From IMG/VR virus record IMGVR_UViG_3300035665_002234: a DNA stretch of 64,000 bases; one strand, given 5' to 3'. Positions 23,504 to 35,300 of the stretch are shown one piece after another (position 1 is the first letter of the stretch; each line of letters begins with the position of its first letter). The notes under the pieces were generated by a model, which was given only the letters and a program-made list of their open reading frames with translations, was not told the DNA's origin and made no database searches. The stretch comes from an uncultured virus (IMG/VR IMGVR_UViG_3300035665_002234) (Duplodnaviria; Heunggongvirae; Uroviricota; Caudoviricetes). The translations under genes were made by a program, and so were the position numbers.

Positions 23504-24892
23504 TTAATTAAAGTTATTTGGTTGTTGTACTCGCTCTTTTCTTTTCTCCATAAGTTCTTTGATTCTATCTCTGTTTTTCTCTTCTTTCTTTTCTTCAAAT
23601 CCTAAGAAGGTAACAGAACTTTCAGTATCAATTTCCAACAATTCGTTGTTGAACTTACAGTTTTCAAAGATAACCCCATCTTTACCCACACGAGACTTGG
23701 TAATTGCGATGGTTGCTAAATTCATTTCTTTTTGTTGTAAAGTTTTAGCCACGGAAATGATAACGTGTCCAACTTGTGCCTTTTTAATAGAACCACCCAT
23801 TTGGTCGGTGGTTACAACCTCAGAAGATATAGAGCTTCTGTTACCCTGTGTTGCGGTCCATCCCACTACGCCAAGTTCATGACACATAGCTTCGTAACCT
23901 CTCATAACGGAACCCTCACTTTTCCACTCATCACCCATATTTCTGTCAGGTACAATACAATCAATATAATCTAAAACAATCATATCAATCTTGTGTCCAT
24001 CAGCAACCATCTTTCTAATCATGTTCTTAATTTGAGTCATTGTAAATTGGTCTGAAGGTAGTTTTTTCAAGAACAATTTGTTGGTCATTTCTTCTTTGAC
24101 CTGACGTGCTTTTTCAAGAACTTCTTCACGGTGTAATGGGAGTTCATCAGGTGGTATACCTGTCCACATTGTGAAGTGTTTACGTTGGATTACTTTTGGG
24201 TTGTCCTCAAAAAATAACTGAAGAACATTGTAACCATTATTAAATGCTGAGTTAGCAATTTTTGAAAGGACTGTAGTTTTTCCTACACCAGTTGGTGCCA
24301 AGATTACACCCAATTCACCTTTTGCCAATCCACCTTTTAATAACTTATCAATGCCAGTAATTCCCATTGGAATTGGATGACGGAAATCTTCGTTCAAAAC
24401 ATCTTCCAAGTTTTGGAAAACATCTTCAATCTTGTTTCCATTTTCTCCTACTTGGAGAGCACTTCTTACGAGTTCTTCAAGTTTGTCATAGTTTTCAAAT
24501 TCTCCACTATCAAGTATTTTTTGTGATTTGGTGATTGCCTTTTGAAGCTCTTGTTGTTTACAGAACTTCAATGATTTTTCTTGTACAAACGATGCTCCTT
24601 CAGTAGACGCAGTTTGTATCTGTTTGATAGTGTCGTTTAGAATTTTCAACATCAACTCTTGTGGAAACTCACTTTTCACCATTTGTGAAAGTGTTTCGTA
24701 TGATGGAGTACAATCGTATTTTACATAGTACTCCTTCACCAATTGGAGAAGTGTTTTGAAATATTTGTTTTCAAAGTGTGAGGGTTCAATTACATCAATG
24801 ATAGAATGTGAGAAGTCCTTATCTAAGATAATCTGATTTAATAATTGTAGTTGAAACGTGTTACCTAGATACTCAAAATTCTTGTTTGACAT
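23504..24892 (-). CDS. dnaB: Replicative DNA helicase, DnaB/T4 gp41-like
   Basis: Walker A APTGVGKTT, Walker B IVLDYID, WTATQGNR, KSR. Confidence 0.9.
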   Translation of the reverse strand: MSNKNFEYLGNTFQLQLLNQIILDKDFSHSIIDVIEPSHFENKYFKTLLQLVKEYYVKYDCTPSYETLSQMVKSEFPQELMLKILNDTIKQIQTASTEGASFVQEKSLKFCKQQELQKAITKSQKILDSGEFENYDKLEELVRSALQVGENGNKIEDVFQNLEDVLNEDFRHPIPMGITGIDKLLKGGLAKGELGVILAPTGVGKTTVLSKIANSAFNNGYNVLQLFFEDNPKVIQRKHFTMWTGIPPDELPLHREEVLEKARQVKEEMTNKLFLKKLPSDQFTMTQIKNMIRKMVADGHKIDMIVLDYIDCIVPDRNMGDEWKSEGSVMRGYEAMCHELGVVGWTATQGNRSSISSEVVTTDQMGGSIKKAQVGHVIISVAKTLQQKEMNLATIAITKSRVGKDGVIFENCKFNNELLEIDTESSVTFLGFEEKKEEKNRDRIKELMEKRKERVQQPNNFN

Positions 24893-24927
24893 AATTAAAA
24901 TTCCCTTGTTAGTTTTGATAAATACTA

Positions 24928-25377
24928 TTAGATTAAGCTATAAGTCATATAACTTGTAACAAATTTTTCGTCTGAAAAAATGTCAGTTAAGTCCTTCAAT
25001 ACACTTTTTACTTGCTGGCGTATGTCTACGGTGTATCTTATTTTAGGTGGGAACAATTTAGCGTCCAAAATTCTATGACAAATTGTCTGTTCTCCTACCT
25101 TTATTAAAAAGTTAAATGTTTCTGGACCCTCAGTATTTGACGTTTGCAAGATACTTGGGTTCTCCAAAATTTCGTCTTTGTTCTCCAAAAGGTATACAAC
25201 CGAACGCATCTTTTGGCCGTACTCAAACCCGTCTACAAAGTCTTTTAAATACTGATACAATTCCATAGAACTGCGAGCTTGTGGATTGTAATCTCTTACG
25301 TTAAAGTAACGTTGGATTACGATGTTGTTGTTCAAGGTAATCAAGAACTCCATTTTAATTACATCTGTTTCTTTCAT
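24928..25377 (-). CDS. Hypothetical protein in the replication block
   Basis: 149 aa ORF between the exonuclease and helicase genes. Confidence 0.65.
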   Translation of the reverse strand: MKETDVIKMEFLITLNNNIVIQRYFNVRDYNPQARSSMELYQYLKDFVDGFEYGQKMRSVVYLLENKDEILENPSILQTSNTEGPETFNFLIKVGEQTICHRILDAKLFPPKIRYTVDIRQQVKSVLKDLTDIFSDEKFVTSYMTYSLI

Positions 25378-25384
25378 AATTTTT

Positions 25385-26395
25385 TTATTTTTCTATTTGT
25401 TGTTTGTGTTGTCTTTTTTCTTTTCTTGTCAATTTCATCAAAGGTCGTATAAATTTTATAAATTCATCATCACTCTTACCGAGATATTTGAAGAATCCAT
25501 CTTCTGTCATCATACGAATTAGATTTTTGTAACCCCTACCTTCAGGGTCTAAAGTGTCGGCATAATATTGTTCAACAAGTACCCTACCTTCGTCAGAAAT
25601 AAGTGGATTTTGTAAGTCCACGATTTTTTTGTTTGTTTGGTAGAATGATTCTCCGAATTCTCCGTCTTTTGTTTTTCCACTTACAATATTTTTTAAAGTT
25701 GTGTTTTTTTTGTCTTGTTCTAAAAGTTCTTCAGCCTTTGTTAAAATATGGTTAAAAGTTACCATAGAATCAAGTATCTCAGGAAAGTATTTCACAATGG
25801 TCTTTTCACCCAACCTTAATATACCACTAATGTTATCTGATTTATCACCAGTTAATATCTTAAGAGTCAATACGTTATAGTGTGGAAATTCAGTATCACC
25901 AAATTTAACTTTATCACCATTTTTAAATGTGACTTTGGAAATTGGTGAGTAGATTGATGTATGTTTATCAATCAGTTGGAAGTAATCTTTATCTGCCGAT
26001 AATATTGTTTTTGATTCTTCTTTCGCAATCTGACAATAGTAGGCTATTAAATCATCCGCCTCACATTCAGTTGCTCTTACCTGACGAACAAAACATTCTT
26101 CAAGGTATTCTTTTACTCTTTCTTTTTGGATATGGTATGACTCAAGTTTAAACTCGTTCATACTCTGTCTACGGTTTAACTTGTAGTTAGGATATAATTT
26201 ACGTCTAACGGCAGAGTTGTCGTCACCGTCCCAAAAGACAATAATTTTGTCGTAGTTGTGTTCATCAATTTGTTTTCTGAGGGTATTGATAAAATGAAAG
26301 ACACCCCCGATATGGTTTCCTTCCACGAAGAGGTCTCTGACCCCATGGAATCCGATTTTAAATAGGTTATCACCATCTACTAAGAGTGTCTTCAC
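25385..26395 (-). CDS. 5'-3' exonuclease/flap endonuclease (T4 RNase H-like)
   Basis: LLVDGDN, FWDG, YKLNR, EADD, SADKD, GDKSDNI motifs. Confidence 0.92.
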   Translation of the reverse strand: MKTLLVDGDNLFKIGFHGVRDLFVEGNHIGGVFHFINTLRKQIDEHNYDKIIVFWDGDDNSAVRRKLYPNYKLNRRQSMNEFKLESYHIQKERVKEYLEECFVRQVRATECEADDLIAYYCQIAKEESKTILSADKDYFQLIDKHTSIYSPISKVTFKNGDKVKFGDTEFPHYNVLTLKILTGDKSDNISGILRLGEKTIVKYFPEILDSMVTFNHILTKAEELLEQDKKNTTLKNIVSGKTKDGEFGESFYQTNKKIVDLQNPLISDEGRVLVEQYYADTLDPEGRGYKNLIRMMTEDGFFKYLGKSDDEFIKFIRPLMKLTRKEKRQHKQQIEK

Positions 26396-26405
26396 AATTT
26401 ATTGT

Positions 26406-27416
26406 TTATACTGTTTCACTTTCTTTTTCCTCAAACAAGCTGAAATCTCCGTCAGCCCCAATAATTTCTTTCCAATACTCAGCGTTTTCTTTCTTGTATT
26501 GTTCAATAGATACTTTCTCTTCCGCAGCATCTTTTCCTGCCAAGAATCCGTGTGGTGTTACGATGATTTTTCCATCCTCATAACCCAAACCATTGATGTG
26601 GTTTTTCATAACAGAAACTTTAGTACGGATTGCAAACTTAACAGTTCTTTTGTCTTTTGTTGCAGAAATTTTGTTTGTTCCCGCACCTTTTTGATTACCA
26701 AACAAGAATACCAAAGATGAGTTTAACCAAATCGCCTCACCACCTTTTGCTTTAATCTTTGGTTGTCCAAATGGATTGTCAGGAAGTTCAACCCAAGGTT
26801 GGTTAACAATAACTAAACTGTTTTCGTATTTTGAATCAGATTTACGAGAACCTGAAATACGTTGGTTGATACCCATACCAATTTTGTCGGCAAGAACCGC
26901 GGCGTTGTGTTGTTTACCACCTTTACCTTCGTAAGTCATCTTACAAGGAACCGAACCTACAGAATCCCAAAGGAATAATAAATCATATTCCAATTCACCT
27001 TTTTCTTGAGCATCCAACAAACTATTAATATAATCCGTAATTTGTTCAATGTAAGAAAAGTTGTTGTTGAAAATAAAAAATCCATCCCAATCCAACTCAC
27101 CTGTTTCGGGGTCAACCACTTCGTCACAATCAAAACCCATAAGTCTTGCGTGTTCAAAACTCCACTTCTGTTCGGTAATAATGAACACGGGAAGAATATT
27201 TTGTTTCTGAGCCGATACGGCCGCTTTTACGAGACCCGTTGTCTTACCTGTATCAGAGTGACCCAAGAACATGTTCAAGTGTCCTATGGCGGGTCCTGGT
27301 AGTCCTACAGCGTCCAAGAAATCTTTACCCAAGTCAAAGTATCTTTGTGGTTTATACTTCGCCGAAGTTGAGAATTTCTTCTTTACTGAATTAAAATCGT
27401 TTTTCTTGATTGCCAT
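26406..27416 (-). CDS. uvsX: RecA/UvsX-like recombinase
   Basis: Walker A GHSDTGKTT, WDSVGS, IVNQ, KGGEAI, VMKNHI. Confidence 0.85.
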   Translation of the reverse strand: MAIKKNDFNSVKKKFSTSAKYKPQRYFDLGKDFLDAVGLPGPAIGHLNMFLGHSDTGKTTGLVKAAVSAQKQNILPVFIITEQKWSFEHARLMGFDCDEVVDPETGELDWDGFFIFNNNFSYIEQITDYINSLLDAQEKGELEYDLLFLWDSVGSVPCKMTYEGKGGKQHNAAVLADKIGMGINQRISGSRKSDSKYENSLVIVNQPWVELPDNPFGQPKIKAKGGEAIWLNSSLVFLFGNQKGAGTNKISATKDKRTVKFAIRTKVSVMKNHINGLGYEDGKIIVTPHGFLAGKDAAEEKVSIEQYKKENAEYWKEIIGADGDFSLFEEKESETV

Positions 27417-27431
27417 GTGTGTTATAAATTA

Positions 27432-27467
27432 ATCATGTATGGTACCATACAAGATACCATACATGAT
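27432..27467. promoter_or_regulatory. Perfect 13-bp inverted repeat with nested 14-bp palindrome between SSB and recombinase genes
   Basis: ATCATGTATGGTA-N10-TACCATACATGAT; GTATGGTACCATAC at 27437-27450. Confidence 0.7.
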
Positions 27468-27478
27468 GTTTTGTTTTA

Positions 27479-28327
27479 TTAGAACGGTAAGTCCTCAGCA
27501 GGTTCGTCAAATAATTGTGGGTCTGCAGGAGCCGCAGGTGCTGATTTAGAACCACCCATCATCATATCTCCTGAATCACTATACAAGTATTTACCTGTTT
27601 CACTATCCCAACGAGGTTCTTCACCACGAGAGATTGCTTCCAAATATTCTACAGGTTTCTTAGAGTAAACATCATTCCATGTCAACTCATCCGCCAACCA
27701 CTCTTCCATAACCTTAGCGGTCTCGTGAAGAGGTGCTGGGTCATCGTGCATAATAGTTTGGATTGTTGTGTAATCTTTTCCACCAGGAGTTTTAGATTTA
27801 ACCAACTGTACAATAAGGTCTCTACCTTTTTGTGAATCAGTTACATCACCTTTCTGTCTCCAAATTGGAATAATTTTGTCAAGAATACCATCATTCTTGT
27901 AATTGTGTTTGAAACGCCAAAACTTTACACCTTCGTCTTCAGCATCACGGTCAATAACCTTTACGATGTAAAATTTACGAGATTTGTATTGTTTAGCCAA
28001 TTCTTTGTCTGACTCTTTGCCGGTAGACATCAACTCATCGTGAACCTCATTCAAAGGTGAACGCTCATTGTCATTTTTACCTGGGTCATAGAATTTTTGC
28101 CATTTACCACCCACTTGTAATTCATGGTACCAAACCTCTTTGAAAGGTGAAGAACCATCGGGTGTAGGAAGGATACGTACTCTACGTTGTCCTTGAGATT
28201 GCCCTTGTGGAAGAATACAAGCAAAATACTTTTTCATTCTTTCCTCTTGGGACATTCGGTTAGAGTCTCCGAAAGACTGTGTGTTTTTTTCGTACTGTGA
28301 AAGTACTGCGTCAAGTGAACTCATCAT
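27479..28327 (-). CDS. Single-stranded DNA-binding protein, T4 gp32-like
   Basis: RVRILP...PFKEVWYH, YIVKVIDR, GRDL motifs; acidic C-terminal tail ending EDLPF. Confidence 0.85.
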   Translation of the reverse strand: MMSSLDAVLSQYEKNTQSFGDSNRMSQEERMKKYFACILPQGQSQGQRRVRILPTPDGSSPFKEVWYHELQVGGKWQKFYDPGKNDNERSPLNEVHDELMSTGKESDKELAKQYKSRKFYIVKVIDRDAEDEGVKFWRFKHNYKNDGILDKIIPIWRQKGDVTDSQKGRDLIVQLVKSKTPGGKDYTTIQTIMHDDPAPLHETAKVMEEWLADELTWNDVYSKKPVEYLEAISRGEEPRWDSETGKYLYSDSGDMMMGGSKSAPAAPADPQLFDEPAEDLPF

Positions 28328-28359
28328 GTTTTTTGTTTAATTAGATTGTTTGTTTATAA

Positions 28360-28388
28360 ATTATAGTTGTTTTTTTTCCGTTCGTCAA
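28360..28388 (-). promoter_or_regulatory. Sigma70-type promoter for the replication operon
   Basis: TTGACG-N17-TATAAT directly upstream of the SSB gene. Confidence 0.8.
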
Positions 28389-28403
28389 ATTGTTTCGCCA
28401 AAT

Positions 28404-28430
28404 AAAAAAGGGCCACAACGTGACCCCTTT
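28404..28430 (-). terminator. Intrinsic terminator closing the upstream late transcript
   Basis: GGGTCAC-gtt-GTGGCCC followed by TTTTTT on the minus strand. Confidence 0.75.
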
Positions 28431-28454
28431 AATATAGTAAAAAGTTATTAAAAA

Positions 28455-29141
28455 TCAATTCATTTTAAAAGATGTTCCTGTTGGTTCTGCACCATACATA
28501 TCAAACGATTTTTTAATATCTGAAGGTACAATGTCTTCAACCTCATCTGAAGTTAATACATATTCATTCTTTCCTGATTTTTGCATATCATCTTGTTTGT
28601 CATCAAAAAAACTTGAAAGTTTTTGGTTGAATGGTCCACTATCAAGACTTCTCAATTCTAATTTTTCTTGCGCTGTTTTTGGTCTGTACTGTTCAATCTT
28701 TTCTTCCATTGAATTCAATTTGTTAAACACATCATCCATAGCATTTAACTTGGTTTGTAATCCTTCAATTTGTTTGAACATCATGTCAAAATATTCTTGT
28801 TGTTTGCTTTCAACATTCTTTTGTGAATTAACTAAATCAGTAATATCCAATTCCTCAGAACTACTTTCACTTTCTTCACTTTTACCATCACCATCAATTT
28901 TTTCAACTTCAGTGTCAGTTGTTGTATCAATAACTTCAGGAGCCGCTGGTGGTGCCGATAATGTTGGGTCTCCACCAGGTGCTGCCGCAGGAGCCGCTGC
29001 TGGGTCAACAGGTGCTGCCGGGTCCGCAGGTGGTGTGGGTAAATCACCCAAAGCATCTTGTTCTACAATATACTTATTAATAGAATTGTGTCTTTTAATT
29101 TCTTCAATAATTTTTTTATCAATCGCCATTTTCTTAACCAT
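28455..29141 (-). CDS. Acidic coiled-coil protein with Pro/Ala linker (possible internal head or scaffold-like protein)
   Basis: 228 aa; PADPAAPVDPAAAPAAAP linker and heptad region; downstream of a TATTTAT-preceded ORF. Confidence 0.55.
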   Translation of the reverse strand: MVKKMAIDKKIIEEIKRHNSINKYIVEQDALGDLPTPPADPAAPVDPAAAPAAAPGGDPTLSAPPAAPEVIDTTTDTEVEKIDGDGKSEESESSSEELDITDLVNSQKNVESKQQEYFDMMFKQIEGLQTKLNAMDDVFNKLNSMEEKIEQYRPKTAQEKLELRSLDSGPFNQKLSSFFDDKQDDMQKSGKNEYVLTSDEVEDIVPSDIKKSFDMYGAEPTGTSFKMN

Positions 29142-29358
29142 TTAATAATTGTTTAACACCTTGTGGTGTTTCAACTTGAACTCTTTTATTTGTTCTTATT
29201 GTGTTATCAACTCTTTCAATAAGACCATCTCTGTCTCTAACTGTATAGCAATTACCAGTATCTAAATCACATACTTCGGTAAATCCATTTCCGGCATTTT
29301 TTTCTGTGTATCTTGTGTTTTTACCAAGATAATTGTCTAAATGTTGTTTAATATTCAT
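29134..29358 (-). CDS. Small hypothetical late protein
   Basis: 74 aa; TATTTAT upstream; VCDLDTGNC motif. Confidence 0.6.
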   Translation of the reverse strand: MNIKQHLDNYLGKNTRYTEKNAGNGFTEVCDLDTGNCYTVRDRDGLIERVDNTIRTNKRVQVETPQGVKQLLNG

Positions 29359-29380
29359 AACTATAGTTTCTTAATAAATA

Positions 29381-32300
29381 TCATTTAAAATTAACAAGTT
29401 TATATTTGGCTAATAATTCAACCACATTTTCAGCCTCCTTTTTAAAAGTGTCGTACATGTTTTTATTTGAATCAACCCATTTATTCCATTGTTCATCTGT
29501 TTGAAATCTATTTTGTGGCCAATATTTAGTCCATATTGATATCATATTATCAATGTAATCTTTTTTTGTATTCCAAACTAATGAACCGGTATTTCCAGTT
29601 GTTACTAATGGTGCAAATAACAAACTTTTAGATAAAACTTGTTCATTAACGTAATAGTCATTAATAAATTTAACTGAATTTGTAAATGATTCACCAGATG
29701 TAGTTGTTGTAAATACCGCAGTTGGTTGTCCATACCCATTTTGATTAACTTTACAACCAAATTGTTTTTGGAAATATTTTTCTCTTCCACCATAACTAAT
29801 TTGTTGTGGGAAACTACCACCACCTAATAGTGTGTTACCTAAATCATAATTGTATGTATATACAGAATTGTCATCGTGACCATTGACATACGCAGTATAT
29901 AAAATCATAGCTCTTGCTGGACCTAAAGTAGTATTATCTCTAATTATTTTTGCTAAATCAGCAAATGATATTGATTGTTGTGTATTTTCAATTCCAAGAA
30001 AGTTTTGATATTTAGGATTTGTTGATAACATATCTGCTTGACATTGTGATGGAAATGCTGAAGAATACACAACATTAGTCTGAATACCATTACCAATAGT
30101 AATAACATTTATTGTTGGTTGTGTTGAAGCGACTTCAGTTTCTTTTTGTCTTTTTAATATCTGAACTAATTGTCCCAATAAATTAGCATTAATTGAAACT
30201 AATTGTTTTGTTATTAATGGTAATGAATAAATTGGCATCCTAACACCACTAAAAAATGTTTTAAAGTCTCCAGCACTAATTGTATGTTCAACAGATTGAA
30301 TCATATATGGTCCTCTAAACATTGGTACATTTCTTAAGTTAAAATACATTGTAGGTTGAATCATCGCATTTCCCATTGACTCCACCCTACACTCATAACT
30401 TCTATTTTTATATAAATTATACAAACTAACGTTTTGAGTGTTTGTTCTTCTACCACCAGCTTGGTTACCCATGTCAGTGATAACTCGGTTAGCTTCTGTT
30501 GTTGCCGCAGCATTATTTTGGTCAAGTTGAATACTATAAAAGACACTTTGGTTTCTAATTCCAAAATCAACATTAAATCCAACAACTTTATTTGATTGTG
30601 CCCAATCTGTTTTTGTACTTTTTTGTTCTGAAACTAATGGGTTATCTGAAGCTCTTGATAAATCAAACGCATCCGTTCTCCATCTGTAATCGGCATTTTC
30701 TCTCATATCTAAATGCTCACTTGGTTTTCCTGCATAATAACATACAAATTTTGGTTGTGACTCTCGGTAATCAACATCTAAAAAAGTACCAAATAACGAG
30801 TTTGCCAAATCATTAGATTTTTCAGGTCTAGGTGCATTTCCTTGAGTAATTTCTCCCGCCCCCCAAAAATTCATATATGCCGGTAATGGCATCATTTGGA
30901 ATTGGTTGTCAGCAATAATCCTACTTACAAAATCAATAATTCTTGCATCAAGTGATGTGGTTCCTGAAAAGAAATCTTTTAATTTAAAAACATCAACTAA
31001 TACTTTATCTCCAATATCTCTATTCGCCCTATCTAAAAACATAACATCTTGATATAATGTTCTATCTTTAAATTCACTTCCAGCAATCCACTTGTCGTTA
31101 AAAGATTTAAATGTTTCCCAAAGTTCTATTTTGGGTTGCATACCGTCAATTGCAGATAATATTGGTTTTTCAGTTGTCTGTGTATAATCAGGTAATTCTT
31201 TTTGTAACGTAAACATTAATTGACCCAAAACATAATTCAGATACTCATCATTATTTGTATAAAAATCATTTATTGCCGTTGTAAAATCCGCCCTTGTATA
31301 TACACCATTATTTAATGATTTTTGAGTTCCAAAAATTTTGATAAGTGGTGCAAAGTTTTTAACATTTCCTTCAGTAAACTCTACGTTTAATGTTGGGAAA
31401 AAGTCAGTATAATAACTTCCTGAATTTGAGTATGTTAATCCTGTTGTTGTTGCAAATCCAATATACGTTTCCATAGCAATCCAAGCGTTTGGATATGCCG
31501 CTTTTGACTGTGCTAAGGTTATTTGTGTTACAGCTCCGTTTGTAACAGGAACACTGTTTTGAACATATGCGTTATATGGATAAGGGTCAACAACTTTATT
31601 ATAGTTTGTAGTATTCAAAGTTGTAAATGTACCAAAGACACGTCTATTAAAATTACTTGGATTTCCGTATTTAAAAACAATATCATAATTCACAAAAGAT
31701 TGTATTACCGTATTGGCTTGTGTTAATTGAGCATTTCCACAATCAACAACATATTTGTCCGGAGTATCTGTTAATGTAACTGTTGGAACTAACAACATTT
31801 GTGACATCAATCCTTGAAAGTTTCTATTGGCATAACTTGAGTTTGCCAAATCTTCAGATGTTAAATCCGTAAACGATTTACAGAAATTTAAAAATTCAAT
31901 TTCAAACGAATCTAAAATTTCTGTTTTAAACGTTCCAAAAACATCATCAATCTTAGAATACGTCTGGCCAAATTTAACCACATCCTGTATTTCCAAATTT
32001 GGATAAACTTCTTTCATGTATTCATTTGGACTTGGTTTTGTAATACTTGATAATTCAAAGTATCCAAAATTTGGTGCCGCCCAAAATGTTCTAACAGAAC
32101 CATTAAACACCGCCTTGTTATTTTGAACTTCTTGTGTTTGTGTTAATCCTGTTATTGTTTCCGTAAAACATTCACCAATAACTTGGTTATATGTAGTACC
32201 AAAACTTGGCATCAACAAAGTTTTATATTGTTGGCTTGAATTGAATTTTGGTGAGTTTTGTGTTTCAAATGTTGTAAAAAAATTGTTAAACTTCAACACT

Positions 32301-35300
32301 TGATTTGGTGTTGAACTATATCCGTTTTGTGTTGATATTTGAGCATTTGGTATAGCCCCCACAACTAATCCTTGATTAATTGCGGTTTGTATATCTGTAT
32401 CTGTATATCCCGTTAACAGTTCTTGACCAGTAACTAAAAAATATGTGTCATTAATCATCTTTGGATAAAATCCAAGATTCATTTGTACTTGTTTTAAAGT
32501 TAGTGATGGTTGTGATATGGTATCTTGAGCAACAATATTATAATTTTCATTAATTGATGTAAATGTATATTGTTTCTGTAATGATGAACCATCGGGGTCA
32601 TAAAGATTTGCAACATTCACATTTTTCCAAACAGAATCCAAAATATCTACATTTGTTTCAACATATGTTTTGTAACGGTGCCAAATAGAACCATATTTTA
32701 TAATCCAAGAATATGGTAATTTATGTACACCACCAAATTTTGTTAAAGTAGTAAATATATAATCTAAAGGTGTAGAATCTTCTGTTGTAATGTTTTTATA
32801 TTTCTCTCTTAATGTAGCAAGTGGTAATGAATTTAAAAACAAATATGCTGGTAAAACATATGGTGTTGTATTTGTATTGTTTCTATCTTTATTAATACCA
32901 TCTTGTAAGGCATTAATAAAGAAGGGGGTATTCAACATTGATGTTGTTTGTAAGGCATCAACGTTTCCAGTTTTGGCTTGGTAATTTATTGGTCCTTCAG
33001 TTACTAAGAAACTATTATTTAAACGTCTGTCTTTATAAAATTGGTTAAAGGCGGCTAAAGTTCCTGTTGGTGGAGTTCCTGTAATATTTCCCGACCCACC
33101 AACGGATAATATTGGTTTGGGTGTTGATAATGTTTGAAGGAAACAATTATTAACAAAAGGTCTATTGTTGTTTAAACTATCAGCACTTTCATAATTGGTG
33201 ATATATCTTTGGGTATCATTTAAAAATAAACTTTTTGTGGTATCAAAAACATTACCTTTAGATGTTTTTACACCAGCTAAGTTTTCATTTTGCCAATCAG
33301 TAATAACAAATGGATATACATCCATTATGTTTGTTTGTGTTGATGATGTTGATTTAATATAGTTTGATAAATTTGTTAACGACTGAACATTCTTATTTGT
33401 AGTTGGTTTTGATTTAATAAACGAATCATTTAAAATCGCATAATCATTTTCCGTAATTGTTCTTAAATACTCAGAAGTAAATTCACCTCTAATAAATTGT
33501 TGCCAACTAGAACCCGTCCCATCATTTGAAATACTTCTAAGAATTAATGGGAAGTTTTGTGGTGTTAAAGCAAAGTTTTTTAATATTTTAGTTAAGCTTG
33601 GACTTGTTGAGTTAAGAGCTGTTCTTATATTTGAAACTTCTAAATCAGACAATGTGTTATATATTGATAATTGTTTTGCACCTGATGTGGATAATCTATC
33701 CCAATATGACGCTAATAACACTCTTTCGTAAATTTCATAAATAAATTTAACACTATCATAATCACTATACGGTATATTTGTTGTTGGGAATTCAATACCG
33801 TTTACAGTAATTCTACTTATAACATTGGCTTCATTATTACTACCATTTGGACCCAAATCAATACTAGCTCTTTGAGCCAATCCTTTCATATATTCTTCAA
33901 CAAATTGAACTTCAGGCCAAACTTCATAATTGTTTCCTCTTGTTCTTGATATTTCTGATGGGTCACCAGGATACCTTAACTCAAATCTTTCACCATCAGC
34001 ATTGTTTGTTTCAACAAAATATTGTGGCCAAGGATATACGGGAATATCTTTTAAAGCGTTTTGGTCGGTTTGTTGTACTAAGTTTTTACTGTCTGTACTA
34101 ACAGAAGATTTTGTATTATCAAACACCGCATTTTTTCTGATTGGGTTTAACCTTTGACTCCAAGCTTGACTATGAACATCATCCATTAATCTATAAAAAG
34201 CTTCAACAGACGCAAATATCATTGCCATAATATTTCTCATGGTTGGTTTAAATCCTAAACCATCGTTACCTTCAATTTTTTTGGATAAAAATTCATTTAA
34301 AGCGAGAACAATTTTTTCTTTTTGACCAGATAAATCTTCAAATGTTTTGTCTATAATATCTGAAAAATTGCCAGGTCCATCAAAAACAAAATTATACGTT
34401 GGTGGAATACTAGTACCGTCAGTATTATCAGGAAATGGTTGAAAAAATATTGATTCTTTAATTGCTAATTCATTAATTTCTTCAGGAGAAAGAGCCTCTC
34501 TTTTGTATCTAATTTTAAATGTTTCCGCCCAATCAATATTAAAATCAGTTAAACTTTTTCTAACAGAATCCGAACCAACTAAATCAGAACTAGAATTAAC
34601 TAAATTATTTACGACTCTGTTAGAACTAAGAAGTCCCCTAATTTCTCCAACAGAAAAACCTGTCGCAACATATGGTGGTTGTATTGCAGATGGTACAATT
34701 GTTGGTTGTATGTTTAAATTATTAATTTTAGTTACCTTTGATGTTTGTTTTTTACCATCAATTGTAAATGTTCCAGGGTCACTTAGTGTTTTATTTTTAG
34801 CTAAATCAACTTTATACCCATCTACTAATTGTTTTAATTGGGAATATGCATTAACTTGTAATTGTAAACTAGCTCTAGTGTTATTATTATAAATGTAAGT
34901 AAGTACACCATTCTTACCACCAACAGCACTAGGTTTTAATACAAATATTTTTTCTTGGTCAATGTATTTTTTAAACCAACTTGTGTCATCATTAGGTGAT
35001 AACACATTATCTCTTAGACTTGTTAATAATTTAAAATATGTATCACAATCAGAAAGTGGTGTAAAATCAGTTTGTCCAAAACTTTGTTGTAAGTTTTTTT
35101 CTAACGCTTCTAACCTTGCTTTTAATTCAGGAAATGAAAGTTCTGGAAGGTTTGGAGAAATTAAACCCAAAGCTTTGTATCGTTTGTATACATCTCTAAT
35201 GGTTTGTCCACCCTTCGTTACCCTCACAGAAGATGTTGTAACATCAGGATTTCCGTTAGATACTTGAGCGGCGTTTACACCAGGCGAATTAGGAGCGGTG

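Noticed and set aside
28531..29145. 204 aa antisense ORF and other short nested or antisense ORFs across the window
   Set aside because: Mirror translations of genuine genes, with no independent signals or motifs.
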